Counted from the stretch's first letter, positions 1-9,399 are shown. The stretch: 64,000 nt of DNA from Calditrichota bacterium (GCA_020637445.1 JACJVZ010000001.1:1583947-1647946); one strand, 5' to 3'. The notes: generated by a model from the letters alone, not told the origin. A program made the numbers and translations.

Positions 1-769
1 CTTCACCGAGGAATCTTGTGCGCTCTTGGACGCGGGCTTCGATGTCTTGCGTCACGGCCAACAGGTCCCGCTGTACTTGCCGCAGGCTGGTGATGTCGGT
101 GACGATCAGGACAACCTGATCTGAAGCCGGATCAAGCGGCAGCCGCTGAACTTGCAGCGAAAGCTCGGGCCGCGGGATCGTAACCGGCCACGCGACATCG
201 TTCTTGAAAAGCTCCACGATCTCACGCCACTGCGTGGATTCCCAGACTTTTTTGCCCGTCATTTCCTCGGGAGTGCTTCCCATCATCGCCGCGACGTTCG
301 GGGACAGCGAAAGGACAGTGCCGTCATTTGAACAAAGGATAGCACTGCTTCTGAGTCTGCCGAGGGTTTCTTTCCCGATGGCGGCAAGGCTGTCGAGGCG
401 AGAGCGGTAAAAAGAGCGTTCGACGACTCTCATAAGCGTCGCAGCGCTAACAGGTTTAGGCAGGAAATCCGCCGCGCCATGCTTAAGGGCGCGCAAGGCG
501 AGGTTCCTCTGCGCGTAAGCCGTAACTAAAATGACGTGAACTCCGGGATCAGCCAATCTGACTTTGGCCAAGAGTTCAATACCGTCCATTCCGGGCAATC
601 TGACGTCCGTCAGCAGGACTCTAACACCGCGATGGGCATTCAGAAGTTTAAGTGCATTCTGACCATTGTCGGTTTGATGCACCGTAAAGCCGTGCTCGGA
701 GAGCACGGCTGCCAGGGCCTCACGGGCGGCGGCGTCATCATCGACAATAAGGATTTCGCGGTCAGTCAT
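1..769 (-). CDS. Response-regulator receiver (REC) + PAS signalling protein, 3'-truncated by the window edge; probably continues into a kinase core
   Basis: Manual minus-strand translation from ATG at 769-767: MTDREILIVDDDAAAREALAAVLSEHGFTVHQTDNGQNALKLL...LTDVRLPGMDGIELL...FLPKP (CheY-like DD/D/K residues), then a PAS-like segment ...VVLIVTDITSLRQVQRDLLAVTQDIEARVQERTRFLGE. Frame stays open to nt 1. Absent from the ORF track because there is no stop in the window. Confidence 0.7.
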   Translation of the reverse strand, partial: MTDREILIVDDDAAAREALAAVLSEHGFTVHQTDNGQNALKLLNAHRGVRVLLTDVRLPGMDGIELLAKVRLADPGVHVILVTAYAQRNLALRALKHGAADFLPKPVSAATLMRVVERSFYRSRLDSLAAIGKETLGRLRSSAILCSNDGTVLSLSPNVAAMMGSTPEEMTGKKVWESTQWREIVELFKNDVAWPVTIPRPELSLQVQRLPLDPASDQVVLIVTDITSLRQVQRDLLAVTQDIEARVQERTRFLGE

Positions 770-819
770 AACACTATCGAAGATAGCTTAGCTGACCGAG
801 AAAATCAAGTTCCGACCTA

Positions 820-1185
820 CTAAAGGTACTTCTTGACCAATCCGTCAATGGACTCAAGCGAGAACGGTTTTTCGAGGAAGCCGTCGGCGCGAGCCGTTTT
901 GTCCGCGAAGAAGCGGCGGAAATGGGCGAAGCCGGTGATGAAGATAACGGGCAAGTCGGGATTAATTCTCTTGACCGCACGCAGGAGCTGGAATCCGTTC
1001 ATCAGAGGCATATGGATGTCCGTGATAATCATGTCGGGAGCATCCGCAATAACTTGTTCCAAGGCCTTCTGTCCGTTTGGAGCGCCGAGTCCTTCGTATC
1101 CCGAGAACTTCAAGAAGTTGATCAGGAGATCACGAATGACTTCGTCATCATCAACGACAAGAACTTTCTTTTTCAGAGTTTCCAT
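820..1185 (-). CDS. Single-domain CheY-like response regulator
   Basis: 121 aa; VLVVDDDEVIRDLL...MIITDIHMPLMNGFQLL...PVIFITG is a complete REC fold (acidic pocket, phospho-Asp, T, K) with no output domain. Confidence 0.85.
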   Translation of the reverse strand: METLKKKVLVVDDDEVIRDLLINFLKFSGYEGLGAPNGQKALEQVIADAPDMIITDIHMPLMNGFQLLRAVKRINPDLPVIFITGFAHFRRFFADKTARADGFLEKPFSLESIDGLVKKYL

Positions 1186-1209
1186 TTGTGCCCCTTGGCA
1201 ATAATATGT

Positions 1210-2754
1210 TTAATTGTTCGCTTCGTCGGAAAGTTGGGATTTGGACAAGTCGAGCATCGTAACGCCTTCGATCGAATAGTTTTTTACGATCGGGTCGGAG
1301 ATGAGCTTCAACTTGTTCATAATGCCTTTTATCTTGTGAACCTGCTGCTGAATGACTTCCAGCGCATTTTTGTCCTGCGGATCGGAACCGGCTAACTTCA
1401 ATTCAAGGAACTGGGCATAGCCGAGAATAATACCGAGCGGCGTGTTGATATGGTCGTTGGCCGTCACGGCAGTCTGAGTAATGGCGCGCAGTCTTGCGGA
1501 CTTGATGCGTTCGTTTTCGAGCGCCTTGACGGTAGTAACGTCGCGTTCGATTACCGAGAATCCGAGTGTTTTGCCATCCGGGTCATTGAGCAGCGTATAA
1601 GTGGCGGACACGGGAAAGACTTCACCGGATTTTCTTCTGCGCATGACTTCAGGATCCGTCATCGATCCGCGCTGCCGCAGGAGTCTTAGGACACTCGAAG
1701 ACTTGCGCGCAAAATCCGGCGGATCCAGATGTTCGTCGACGTTTTTGCCGACAATTTCAGCCGCGGTATAGCCGTAGACCCGTTCTGCGCCCTTGTTCCA
1801 GAGCTTGACGTTGCCTTTCAAATCGCACGTAAAAATCGCTTCGTGCGAGTTGTCGATCACAAGCTCGAGGTAGTCGGAAATCGCTTTGAGTTTGACAAGC
1901 TGCGAATCGAATTCGCGATGCATGTCCCGGAAGTTGTACTTGAGCCGGGCTTCGCGGCAGGCTTCGACAAACCTTGACGAATCGGCAGGAAGAACAACGT
2001 AGTCATCAACGTCTTCTTCGAGCAAGTGCAAGAGCAGTTCGGGTTCCACCCTTTTGAGCAGCGCGATGACCGCCGGAGTCTCGGTACACGGTCCAAGTTC
2101 TCGGAGGCCAAGATTACCAATTTTGTCCGTGGCAGGCTCAATGAACGTGACATTCGGAACGGCAATCTCGCAGGCCACGCGCATTTCATCGGCCGTTCGA
2201 AACCGCTGCACCTTCCAATCGTCCAATTCGAGCGCGGTTACGATTGTGTGCGCGAGCGAGTCGTTTTCGCTCAGGACATGCACACTGCCCTTATGAGCGA
2301 GGAGTTGGCGGTCTTGGGCCGACGGCAACAAGCGGCGCAGGGCAAGCTCGACGGTTCTGCCGACAATCGACTCGTCACCGGGGAGCTTAAGGAATGCGAA
2401 GGCTTGCGCCTTGCGGGCGACGTGTTCGGCCAGCACGTCGCGGTACGAATTTGAAATCAGAACAACCGGAACTTGGTCCGATCCCGACGTCAAGGGCAGT
2501 TTGAGCAACTTGCACAATCTAAAACCGTCGAGGTCAGTCAGATCCACATCCGCGAGCACGACGTCGGGAAGTCTGGTCTGGACTATCGAAATCGCCTTAT
2601 GTGCGGACTCGGCGTGGGTTGTTTCCACGCCGTCAACCGCGGAAATCGCCTGCGCGAGCTGCGCACGCAATTCTGTGCATTCGGCCACAACCAAAACGTG
2701 GGCGAGACCGCCAGCGCGGTGCGAGTTAGGAATTCGTCTCGGCTGAATGAACAT
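1210..2754 (-). CDS. Hybrid signalling protein: REC + pseudo-receiver + PAS + HisKA (DHp) domain, with no HATPase_c catalytic domain
   Basis: 514 aa. Two N-terminal receiver-like segments, a PAS segment (EAIFTCDLKGNVKLWNKGAERVYGYTAAEIVGKNV), then an H-box NDHINTPLGIILGYAQFLELK. The protein ends about 70 aa after the H-box without N/G1/G2 boxes. Its start overlaps the stop of the upstream gene (TGATG). Confidence 0.75.
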   Translation of the reverse strand: MFIQPRRIPNSHRAGGLAHVLVVAECTELRAQLAQAISAVDGVETTHAESAHKAISIVQTRLPDVVLADVDLTDLDGFRLCKLLKLPLTSGSDQVPVVLISNSYRDVLAEHVARKAQAFAFLKLPGDESIVGRTVELALRRLLPSAQDRQLLAHKGSVHVLSENDSLAHTIVTALELDDWKVQRFRTADEMRVACEIAVPNVTFIEPATDKIGNLGLRELGPCTETPAVIALLKRVEPELLLHLLEEDVDDYVVLPADSSRFVEACREARLKYNFRDMHREFDSQLVKLKAISDYLELVIDNSHEAIFTCDLKGNVKLWNKGAERVYGYTAAEIVGKNVDEHLDPPDFARKSSSVLRLLRQRGSMTDPEVMRRRKSGEVFPVSATYTLLNDPDGKTLGFSVIERDVTTVKALENERIKSARLRAITQTAVTANDHINTPLGIILGYAQFLELKLAGSDPQDKNALEVIQQQVHKIKGIMNKLKLISDPIVKNYSIEGVTMLDLSKSQLSDEANN

Positions 2755-3599
2755 CAGTGCTTTCCTTCATCCGATTTCGCCCGGCTATCATGCCAAATCA
2801 AAGTAACCGAATTGGGATTCTTGTCAAATTTGATCTCATCGGCAAGCGCACTTGCGAGCTGGAGTCCAGACAGTTTGCCTTTGGGGACCGCATACGCCTG
2901 TTGTCGAATGACCGTACGACCGTCGAAGCTGTCTCCCGAATCCCAGATCGTCATTTCGACGTCGTTATTATCGACGTTGAGTTTGACACCGTACTTTCGG
3001 TTTGGATCTTGATGAACTCCGTGTTCGAACGCATTGTCAAGTAATTCGGACGCAAGGAGCGGAAGTTTGCGGTACGCGACGTCGCTGCTGATACCGGCTC
3101 CGGCGGCCACGGCGATCAATCTTGCAAGGTCTGCGGGAGTGGGTCTGTGATCGCCCATAAATTCTTGTTCAATTTGGGATTCCACAACCCCCGCTCCCGC
3201 TTCTTCACGCAACGACTGCGACAAGCGCAGAGCGAGATCGATGAGTTCCGTGAGTTCAGTCAACGAATAGGGCTTGCAGAGCACATTCCACGCGCCGGAT
3301 TTCAGCGAGCGTTGTAAGAGCGCGGGGTCACCCATTCCGGTTGTAATGCAGATGATGGCATCAGGCGCGATGTCATGCAGCGGCCCGATGAGGTCGATGC
3401 CCGTTCGACCCGGCATCATCATATCAACGAGGATCATGTCCGGATTGGCTTTGCGACAAGCTGTTTCCGCGTTTTCCGACCGTGACTCGACGGAGACCTT
3501 GCATCCGACGGCATCCAACGCCGAAGCGAGGACGCTTGAGATATCCGGGTCATCATCAATAATCAGGACGTGCGGTGCCGGTAGAGGATTAATCAGCAA
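2754..3599 (-). CDS. REC domain fused to a GHKL-type ATPase domain (RsbW/SpoIIAB-like HATPase_c_2 or HK catalytic domain); TTG start
   Basis: 281 aa. VLIIDDDPDISSVL...MILVDMMMPGRTGIDL is a REC domain. The C-terminal half has an N-box-like ASELLDNAFEHG and a DSGDSFDG (DxGxG-like) motif. It is translationally coupled to the HisKA-only protein downstream. Confidence 0.7.
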   Translation of the reverse strand: MLINPLPAPHVLIIDDDPDISSVLASALDAVGCKVSVESRSENAETACRKANPDMILVDMMMPGRTGIDLIGPLHDIAPDAIICITTGMGDPALLQRSLKSGAWNVLCKPYSLTELTELIDLALRLSQSLREEAGAGVVESQIEQEFMGDHRPTPADLARLIAVAAGAGISSDVAYRKLPLLASELLDNAFEHGVHQDPNRKYGVKLNVDNNDVEMTIWDSGDSFDGRTVIRQQAYAVPKGKLSGLQLASALADEIKFDKNPNSVTLIWHDSRAKSDEGKH

Positions 3600-3669
3600 G
3601 TTGTGAAGCTACGACGTTTCGTGAAAAACCGACCTTATCGGATTGAAATAGGGCAACATTCATACCATG

Positions 3670-3700
3670 AAAAAGGCCTCCGAAAACGTGTTCCGGAGGC
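3670..3700 (-). terminator. Rho-independent terminator after flgM (stem GCCTCCG / CGGAGGC followed by a U-run on the minus strand)
   Basis: Plus strand reads aaaaaGGCCTCCGaaaacgtgttCCGGAGGC about 85 nt 3' of the flgM stop. On the minus strand the hairpin is followed by CUUUUUC. Confidence 0.6.
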
Positions 3701-3784
3701 TCAAATTCAAACATGAAGTGTTCGCAGAAGGCCAAAAACAAGAAATTAGGCAGTCAGAGGACTGCTATTGGGCCTTTGCGGACT

Positions 3785-4090
3785 TTAGCCGTGAAAGCCC
3801 GTGATGGCCGAAGCGGTGTCTTCTGCCGCCTTGGGGGTCAAGTAGTACCCGGACGAGATTTTCGCACGAATATCGGCAGCGCGCTCAGGAGAAAGCGCCT
3901 CTTCAGCAGGGGCAATCAGCTCGTCTTGGACGAGCGATCTTGTAACTGACTGTTTTGACGAAAGTTGAAATTCGTCGCCAGCAGCATTGACTTTGCTTTC
4001 AGGCAGTTTGGGGGCTTTATCTTTCGCGACCTCATTGGGATCTTGAGGCAGTTGCGGCAAACCGTATGGTCTTTGGCCTTCTATGCGCAT
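3785..4090 (-). CDS. flgM: Anti-sigma-28 factor FlgM
   Basis: 101 aa. Central DEFQLSS and a C-terminal ERAADIRAKISSGYY region match the FlgM pattern (DSVxLS ... KxAIxxGxY). It sits directly after fliS. Confidence 0.7.
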   Translation of the reverse strand: MRIEGQRPYGLPQLPQDPNEVAKDKAPKLPESKVNAAGDEFQLSSKQSVTRSLVQDELIAPAEEALSPERAADIRAKISSGYYLTPKAAEDTASAITGFHG

Positions 4091-4152
4091 GGCAATTTTA
4101 TCCCTTTTGGATGTTATATCACTTCGTTCAGCAAGTGCTGTGCCACTCGGAC

Positions 4153-4572
4153 TTAAAGGGCGGCACCAGCCATGGTCGCGGTGGGCAGGGCACCTTCGGT
4201 CTTGAGCTTGTCGAACAGCTCGGCCCAGCCAGAGCGAATTTGCGACAGGGCATCAGCGACCTGAAGCAGTTGCGAAATGTCACGGCGAGTATTGCCGATC
4301 ATGAGTTTTGTGGACAGAAAGCTATAGGTCTGGTCGAGTTGCCTGACAATTTCTGTCGCTTCCGCGACATTCAGCGTCTTGCGCAATTCGCCGATGCACT
4401 CGATTGCGGATTCAATTGCAGCACCTTTTTCGGACCAGCGGTTGTTATGCATATGGTCTGCTGCTTCGCGGGTGTAGCGAATGGCACCGTCGCAAAGCAT
4501 AAGAACCAATTGCGGCGTACTGCAAGCCGCATCCATCGTGCGGTAAGTCGAAAAGTTCGGAGCGACTTTCAT
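4153..4572 (-). CDS. fliS: Flagellin export chaperone FliS
   Basis: 139 aa. QLVLMLCDGAIRYTREA matches the FliS core (LILMLYDGAIRFL). It is one nt downstream of fliD. Confidence 0.85.
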   Translation of the reverse strand: MKVAPNFSTYRTMDAACSTPQLVLMLCDGAIRYTREAADHMHNNRWSEKGAAIESAIECIGELRKTLNVAEATEIVRQLDQTYSFLSTKLMIGNTRRDISQLLQVADALSQIRSGWAELFDKLKTEGALPTATMAGAAL

Positions 4573-4573
4573 A

Positions 4574-6484
4574 TTATCCTAACACTCCTGCAAGGTAATT
4601 GCTTTGATTTCTCATTTTGCTAAGCGTCGTCTCAAGCGTCGAATATTGGCGACGAAGCTGTTCTTCAATCAACGTCAAGCGTGCTTCCCATGACGCGATT
4701 TGGCGGTCGAGATTTTCGTTTTGCGTTTCGAGACTCTGTTGAGCGAAGTGAATTTCGCCATTTTCGTCGTCCAGGATTCTGGAAGTGGATTGTGCAACCA
4801 TTTCGGAAACACCCTTGCCGAGTCTGAAGGTCGTATTCACTTGACCGGCTGATCCGCTACCGGGAGGCGTGAAACTCAGCACGATTCCTTCGGTGGCCGT
4901 TCCGTCGACACCGCGAATTAAGTAGCCATCGATGGTCGCGGCGACACCGTTAATGGTGGCGGACAAGGGGGCACCGTTGGCGTCGTAATCGACGATCAGA
5001 TCGTAGGTTCCGCCTTGGCTCTCTTCCGTCGTCGTGACGAGACCGATTTTGTTGTCACCGCTTTCAAAAGACTGTGTGAAGAGGGAGACGACTTCTTCGA
5101 AACGATCATCCAGCGCATCGGACAGTTTGGTTTCGTTGATCGTCAGCACTCCTCGCGAGCCGGACAAGATTCCCAAGTCCGCGAGACTGGACAAGACATT
5201 TCCGTCGGGGAGTTGGCCGACCCGCTGCTGTACGACCGACGACAGGTCGTTGCGAATCGAAGACAAGAAGCCGTCGCCGATAAGCGGCGCCGCGGATTCA
5301 CTGTCTTCATCATAGGCCGTGAACGTGGAGATGTCTTGCATCACCGAATTGTAGGTTTCGACGAAGACACGAACCTTGTCTTTCATGGCTTCTTTATCGT
5401 CAGCAATCGAAACCGTAACATCTTCACCGGGAGACGCGGACAAGAGATTGAGAGTCACACCGTCGATGAAATTTTCAACGATATTGGTCGACTGAGACAC
5501 ATAAATACCGTCGACTCTGAAATTGGCATCCTGTGCGGCGGTGAGTGTCGGGACAAACACGTCGGTCGAGAAGTAGTCCCCCGCAACAAGGTCACCGACG
5601 TCAAAGGTCATCGTCACGCCGTCGGCGACGGCGATAGGATTTCCCGCGTCACCGGACGCAATCGTGAAACTTCCGGTATTGCCGGCACTGTCGGTCCACT
5701 CGATGTCCACATTGTCCGTGCCGACGGTTCCGCCGGAAACCACAGTGAAGATATAGCTTTTGTTGACATCGCCGGTGTAGGTACCGCCGGACGTGATGGC
5801 CGATGTGCCGCTCCAACCAGCACCGGTTTCTGCCAAGTCGACGGCGCTGGTGCTGAAGTTCAGGTCAGTGGGATTTGCATCGAAGCTGATCTGATTGTCG
5901 AGGCCGGGGTTATTCGCCGTCAGAACAAGTCTGTAGCGACCCGAGTCCGAGCCGTCATCGAGAATCGAGGCGGTAACGAGATCTTCGTTGTCGCTCGAAT
6001 TGTTGATCAGATTTTTAAGCTGTTCGAGCGTGGTCGCGGAAGAAAAGTCGGCGTCGGCGATAGTGATGGTTTCATCCCCCACCTGAATGATGAGGTCACC
6101 ACCGCTATCACCGACGCCGGTAGAATTTTTCTCGTCGAATCCTTGGGCCGCAATGCTATGAGCTTTGGCCAATGCAAGTACTTCCACGGAATGCGAGCCG
6201 CGAGCAGCGCTTGACGAAGCTTGTACCGTTACGACGGAAGAATCGGAGGAGGATGCCGATTTGACCACAAATTCGGATCTTCTGTCAAGATTCTGCGCGG
6301 CGCCTTGCAGCCCGGCAATCTTGCTTTGGATCTGAGCCCATAGACTGAGCTTAGTTTCATTTTCGCTCTTGCGGTCTTCGTAGAGGGTAACTCGCCGCCT
6401 CTCGATTTGCATGAGCTGTTGGATAGTCGAATCCCAGTCAATACCTGAGACTAATCCAGAAACCGTAGTTGATCCTTGAGACAT
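4574..6484 (-). CDS. fliD: Filament cap protein FliD (HAP2), long form
   Basis: 636 aa. N-terminal GLVSGIDWDSTIQQLMQIERRRV and a C-terminal heptad region (QSLETQNENLDRQIASWEARL) are typical of FliD. An SD-like GGGAGG lies upstream. Confidence 0.85.
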   Translation of the reverse strand: MSQGSTTVSGLVSGIDWDSTIQQLMQIERRRVTLYEDRKSENETKLSLWAQIQSKIAGLQGAAQNLDRRSEFVVKSASSSDSSVVTVQASSSAARGSHSVEVLALAKAHSIAAQGFDEKNSTGVGDSGGDLIIQVGDETITIADADFSSATTLEQLKNLINNSSDNEDLVTASILDDGSDSGRYRLVLTANNPGLDNQISFDANPTDLNFSTSAVDLAETGAGWSGTSAITSGGTYTGDVNKSYIFTVVSGGTVGTDNVDIEWTDSAGNTGSFTIASGDAGNPIAVADGVTMTFDVGDLVAGDYFSTDVFVPTLTAAQDANFRVDGIYVSQSTNIVENFIDGVTLNLLSASPGEDVTVSIADDKEAMKDKVRVFVETYNSVMQDISTFTAYDEDSESAAPLIGDGFLSSIRNDLSSVVQQRVGQLPDGNVLSSLADLGILSGSRGVLTINETKLSDALDDRFEEVVSLFTQSFESGDNKIGLVTTTEESQGGTYDLIVDYDANGAPLSATINGVAATIDGYLIRGVDGTATEGIVLSFTPPGSGSAGQVNTTFRLGKGVSEMVAQSTSRILDDENGEIHFAQQSLETQNENLDRQIASWEARLTLIEEQLRRQYSTLETTLSKMRNQSNYLAGVLG

Positions 6485-6540
6485 TTTTCCTCCCTATCGA
6501 TCGGGACGTTGGGGTACTTCACCGGAAGGACCCCTTGTCC

Positions 6541-6571
6541 GGCCGTTCGCGCGGGTAAGGCGCGAACGGCC
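6541..6571 (-). terminator. GC-rich stem-loop (12-bp stem GGCCGTTCGCGC/GCGCGAACGGCC) between fliC1 and fliD with no U-tract; probably an attenuator, partial terminator or 3' mRNA stabiliser
   Basis: Perfect inverted repeat read directly from the sequence about 30 nt 3' of the fliC1 stop. The missing U-run argues against full termination. Confidence 0.45.
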
Positions 6572-6601
6572 TGAACGAAATTGGGGAGAATTCCTTCCGA
6601 T

Positions 6602-7501
6602 TTATCCGACGAGCTGCGCGACGATGTTCGGCAAGCCGTTCGCGGTCGACAGCATCGAGACACCCGTTTGCATCAGGATTTGAGCGCGGGTGAAGTTCGA
6701 CATTTCTTCCGCGAAGTCCGCGTCGCGAATTTGCGATTCGGAGGCCGTGGCGTTTTCGCGCTGAATCTTAAGATTCAGAATCGTATTCTGCAGACGTTCG
6801 ACCATCGAACCGATGAAGGTACGTTCGGTATCCTTCGAGTTGATGGCTGCAATCAGCGTATCAATCGCGGCCTGCGACGAAGCCGTGTCCGCGACGTTCA
6901 AACCGTCGATACCCAGATCGGAAGCGGTCATACCACCAAGATTGAGGTAGTAATAATCGCGGCCGAGTTGGTTCGACTCGCCGATGTGGAACTTGATCGC
7001 ATCGCCATCGGCAGCCGTGGTCACGGCATTGTAACCGAGAGCTTGCGTCGTGTCCGTGCTTTCCGTACTTGCCGCATGCGAACCGTCCAACAGGTAGTAA
7101 CCATTGTAGTTGGCGGTTTGTGCGATGCGGTTGACTTCCGACTTAAGCTGCTGGAATTCGACGTTCGCGACCTGACGGTCAAGAGTCGTGAGAATACCAT
7201 TGGATGCCTGCACGGCGATAGCGCGCATACGCACCAGCTTTTCGTCGATTACGGCCAAGGCGCCTTCAGCCGTCTGGAGCATGTTGACATTATAAGAAGC
7301 GTTCTTTTCCGCTTCGACCATACCCGTGATCGAAGAGCGAAGACGCTCGCTAATGCCCAACCCGGTGGGATCATCCCACGCGTAGTTGATGCGCAGACCG
7401 CTGGACAACCGTTGTACCGCACTGTCCAGGTCGTTCTGTGATGTCCACACTGCGCGTTGAGCAGTCAGGGACAACATGTTGTGATTGATACGTGTACTCA
7501 T
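6602..7501 (-). CDS. fliC: Flagellin (paralog 1), short form
   Basis: 299 aa. N-terminal LSSGLRINYAWDDPTGLGISERL and a C-terminal ...FTRAQILMQTGVSMLSTAN...AQLVG match the flagellin D0/D1 termini. A short variable middle suggests small D2/D3. Confidence 0.9.
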   Translation of the reverse strand: MSTRINHNMLSLTAQRAVWTSQNDLDSAVQRLSSGLRINYAWDDPTGLGISERLRSSITGMVEAEKNASYNVNMLQTAEGALAVIDEKLVRMRAIAVQASNGILTTLDRQVANVEFQQLKSEVNRIAQTANYNGYYLLDGSHAASTESTDTTQALGYNAVTTAADGDAIKFHIGESNQLGRDYYYLNLGGMTASDLGIDGLNVADTASSQAAIDTLIAAINSKDTERTFIGSMVERLQNTILNLKIQRENATASESQIRDADFAEEMSNFTRAQILMQTGVSMLSTANGLPNIVAQLVG

Positions 7502-7589
7502 GCCTTCCTCCTCCGAGGGAGCTTTGCTGGAAAAGTTACCGTTAAGCTCAAATGAATTTGTCGCACCCTTTTGGCGCGGTTCATCTGAA

Positions 7590-7617
7590 TTATCGGCGAC
7601 CCTTCCGCGAACTTAAA
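7590..7617 (-). promoter_or_regulatory. Sigma-28 (FliA) class promoter for flagellin 1
   Basis: Minus strand reads TTAAGTTC-N11-GCCGATAA, against the enteric consensus TAAAGTTT-N11-GCCGATAA. It lies about 90 nt upstream of the fliC1 ATG. Confidence 0.6.
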
Positions 7618-7641
7618 TTCCCCACGGGGAAGGACTTAGGG

Positions 7642-9393
7642 TCAGTTAATTTCACTGACCCCGCAGAGTTCACTCCACAAACTTAAAGAACAAATCAGCC
7701 AAGTTCTGTGAAACACTTGGGTTTCGCGATCTTCAGTTAAAATCTGCTCGAGCTTTTCTGAATCGAACAGTTTAGCAATCAGCGATTGCTTTTTGGCGCG
7801 GTTTAATTCGAATTGACCCGCCTTGGATTCAAAAAGTTTGTTAAGAGAGGCGTTAAAGGCTCGCTTTGGCCTCCGCAAAACCTCTTCAGGCAACAGACCC
7901 ACCCCGCTCTTTCGCAGGACGGGTTTCTCGAGACCGAAAGCCGGAAGCAGTTCGGCCGGAGACAATGACAAAGCCAGTTTGACGACGTCGTTGTCGGTGA
8001 ACGGGACACGTCCTTCAATTGAGCCGGACATAGACGCACCGTCCAAACGCAGCAAAAGATGCGGGAAGTGATCCCTAATCAGCAGCGCGCGTGCGGCATG
8101 CTCAGCGTCAACGCCGACAAGGAGGTTTGAAAGTTCGGCAAAATCGGCTCGTTTTACTTCTTCGAGTGCGCTTGGATCGCGCAAACTTTGCCGGAGATCG
8201 AGTTCGTTGAACCAAGATGTCGCTTCTCTGTAGGAAGCGAGCAGATCGTGCATTGTGCCGTTTGAATTTCGCAACCTCGATTGCAGGCGATGATAGCCTC
8301 CGAACAATTCGTCGGCACCTTCGCCGGACAACACAGCTTTGACCTTCGCCTTGGCCTCGAGCGACAACCTATAGATAAGGACTTCGTTTGGCAGCGAAAC
8401 CGGCAAAGCGCGGAGTTTTGTGAGCTCTTTTGTCCTCTCGAAGAACTCTTCGGGCGAAATCACCGTCTCAACGTGCTCGGACTTGACGTGTTTCGCAACC
8501 TTTCGAGCATACTCCAGATCTTCGGTATCGCCTTCGAGAGCGATAGCAAAGGTATGAATCGTTTCGCGTCGCATATTGGCGAACAGCGCGGCGAGAATTG
8601 AGCTGTCTACACCTCCGGAAAGAAAGACTCCGACCGGAGTGTCGGCCTGACTTTGACGGTAAACGGCCTCGGAGAGCAAATGGGTCAAGCGCGAGGATTT
8701 GTCACCGCCGCTGTTTTCCGTAATGCCAAAAGTAAGGGGCTCAGCCCACATTATTTGATTAGCGGATTCAACGGATAACGTAGTCAGCGATCCCGGCGGT
8801 GCGAGCTTGACGTCCTGCCAAACGGTACGGTCATTCAGTGTGATCTGCGACGTTTTCAGAAAATGCAAGACAGTCGGCAAAGAAGCAGCGCGGCAATAGC
8901 CGATTTCTCTCAAAGCAGACGGCTGACTCGCGGCAGCGACGTTGCTCTCGGAGCGCGCGAAGAAGATTGGCTTTACGCCAAACCTATCCCGCACGAGCTG
9001 CAAACGGCTACCGTCTTCGGACAACAACATGATTGCGAACATCGCATCAAGTTTGTTCCAGACTTTATCACCCCACGATTCGATCGCACGGCTCAGGATT
9101 TCGGTATCGCTTGCCGTTGTCGGCGCCCATCCGCTCAACTTCAGAATATTGCGGAGCAGATTTTCGTTGTACAGTTCGCCGACATACGACATGGTGCGGC
9201 CGTCCGACAATTGAATCGGCTGGCCACCGGCAGCTTCATCGCGAAGAGCAAGTCTACAATGTCCGATAGCTCCATGCGAGGCAACCGCAACACCGGAACC
9301 GTCGGGTCCGCGCGACTCCAGCAGGTGGAGCGCATTGCGCAGGACGTGTTCTGTGTCCGTGGACGTATTCAGTAGGGCGACAGATCCACACAT
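7642..9393 (-). CDS. Asparagine synthetase (glutamine-hydrolysing)-like amidotransferase, probably a flagellin-glycan modification enzyme
   Basis: 583 aa. An N-terminal MCG... gives the Ntn-amidotransferase Cys2. SGGVDSS is the PP-loop ATP pyrophosphatase motif. It sits between the two flagellin genes in a sigma-28-driven operon. Confidence 0.8.
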   Translation of the reverse strand: MCGSVALLNTSTDTEHVLRNALHLLESRGPDGSGVAVASHGAIGHCRLALRDEAAGGQPIQLSDGRTMSYVGELYNENLLRNILKLSGWAPTTASDTEILSRAIESWGDKVWNKLDAMFAIMLLSEDGSRLQLVRDRFGVKPIFFARSESNVAAASQPSALREIGYCRAASLPTVLHFLKTSQITLNDRTVWQDVKLAPPGSLTTLSVESANQIMWAEPLTFGITENSGGDKSSRLTHLLSEAVYRQSQADTPVGVFLSGGVDSSILAALFANMRRETIHTFAIALEGDTEDLEYARKVAKHVKSEHVETVISPEEFFERTKELTKLRALPVSLPNEVLIYRLSLEAKAKVKAVLSGEGADELFGGYHRLQSRLRNSNGTMHDLLASYREATSWFNELDLRQSLRDPSALEEVKRADFAELSNLLVGVDAEHAARALLIRDHFPHLLLRLDGASMSGSIEGRVPFTDNDVVKLALSLSPAELLPAFGLEKPVLRKSGVGLLPEEVLRRPKRAFNASLNKLFESKAGQFELNRAKKQSLIAKLFDSEKLEQILTEDRETQVFHRTWLICSLSLWSELCGVSEIN

Positions 9394-9399
9394 AGTCGC

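Noticed and set aside
204-410. 68-aa plus-strand ORF inside the region I assign to the truncated REC-PAS gene
   Set aside because: The minus-strand frame gives a canonical receiver domain across the same nucleotides.
5015-6214. 399-aa plus-strand ORF entirely antisense to fliD. Similar long antisense ORFs occur at 6581..7441, 28323..29222, 47395..48381, 52975..53610 and 54147..54950.
   Set aside because: GC-rich coding DNA commonly produces long open antisense frames. The sense-strand products are unmistakable flagellar proteins. None of these ORFs has a start, SD or motif support.
7639-7660. 7-bp inverted repeat (GGTCAGT...ACTGACC) overlapping the asnB-like stop codon
   Set aside because: Short stem, no U-run, and it overlaps the coding end. 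Too weak to call a terminator, though fliC1 has its own promoter just downstream.
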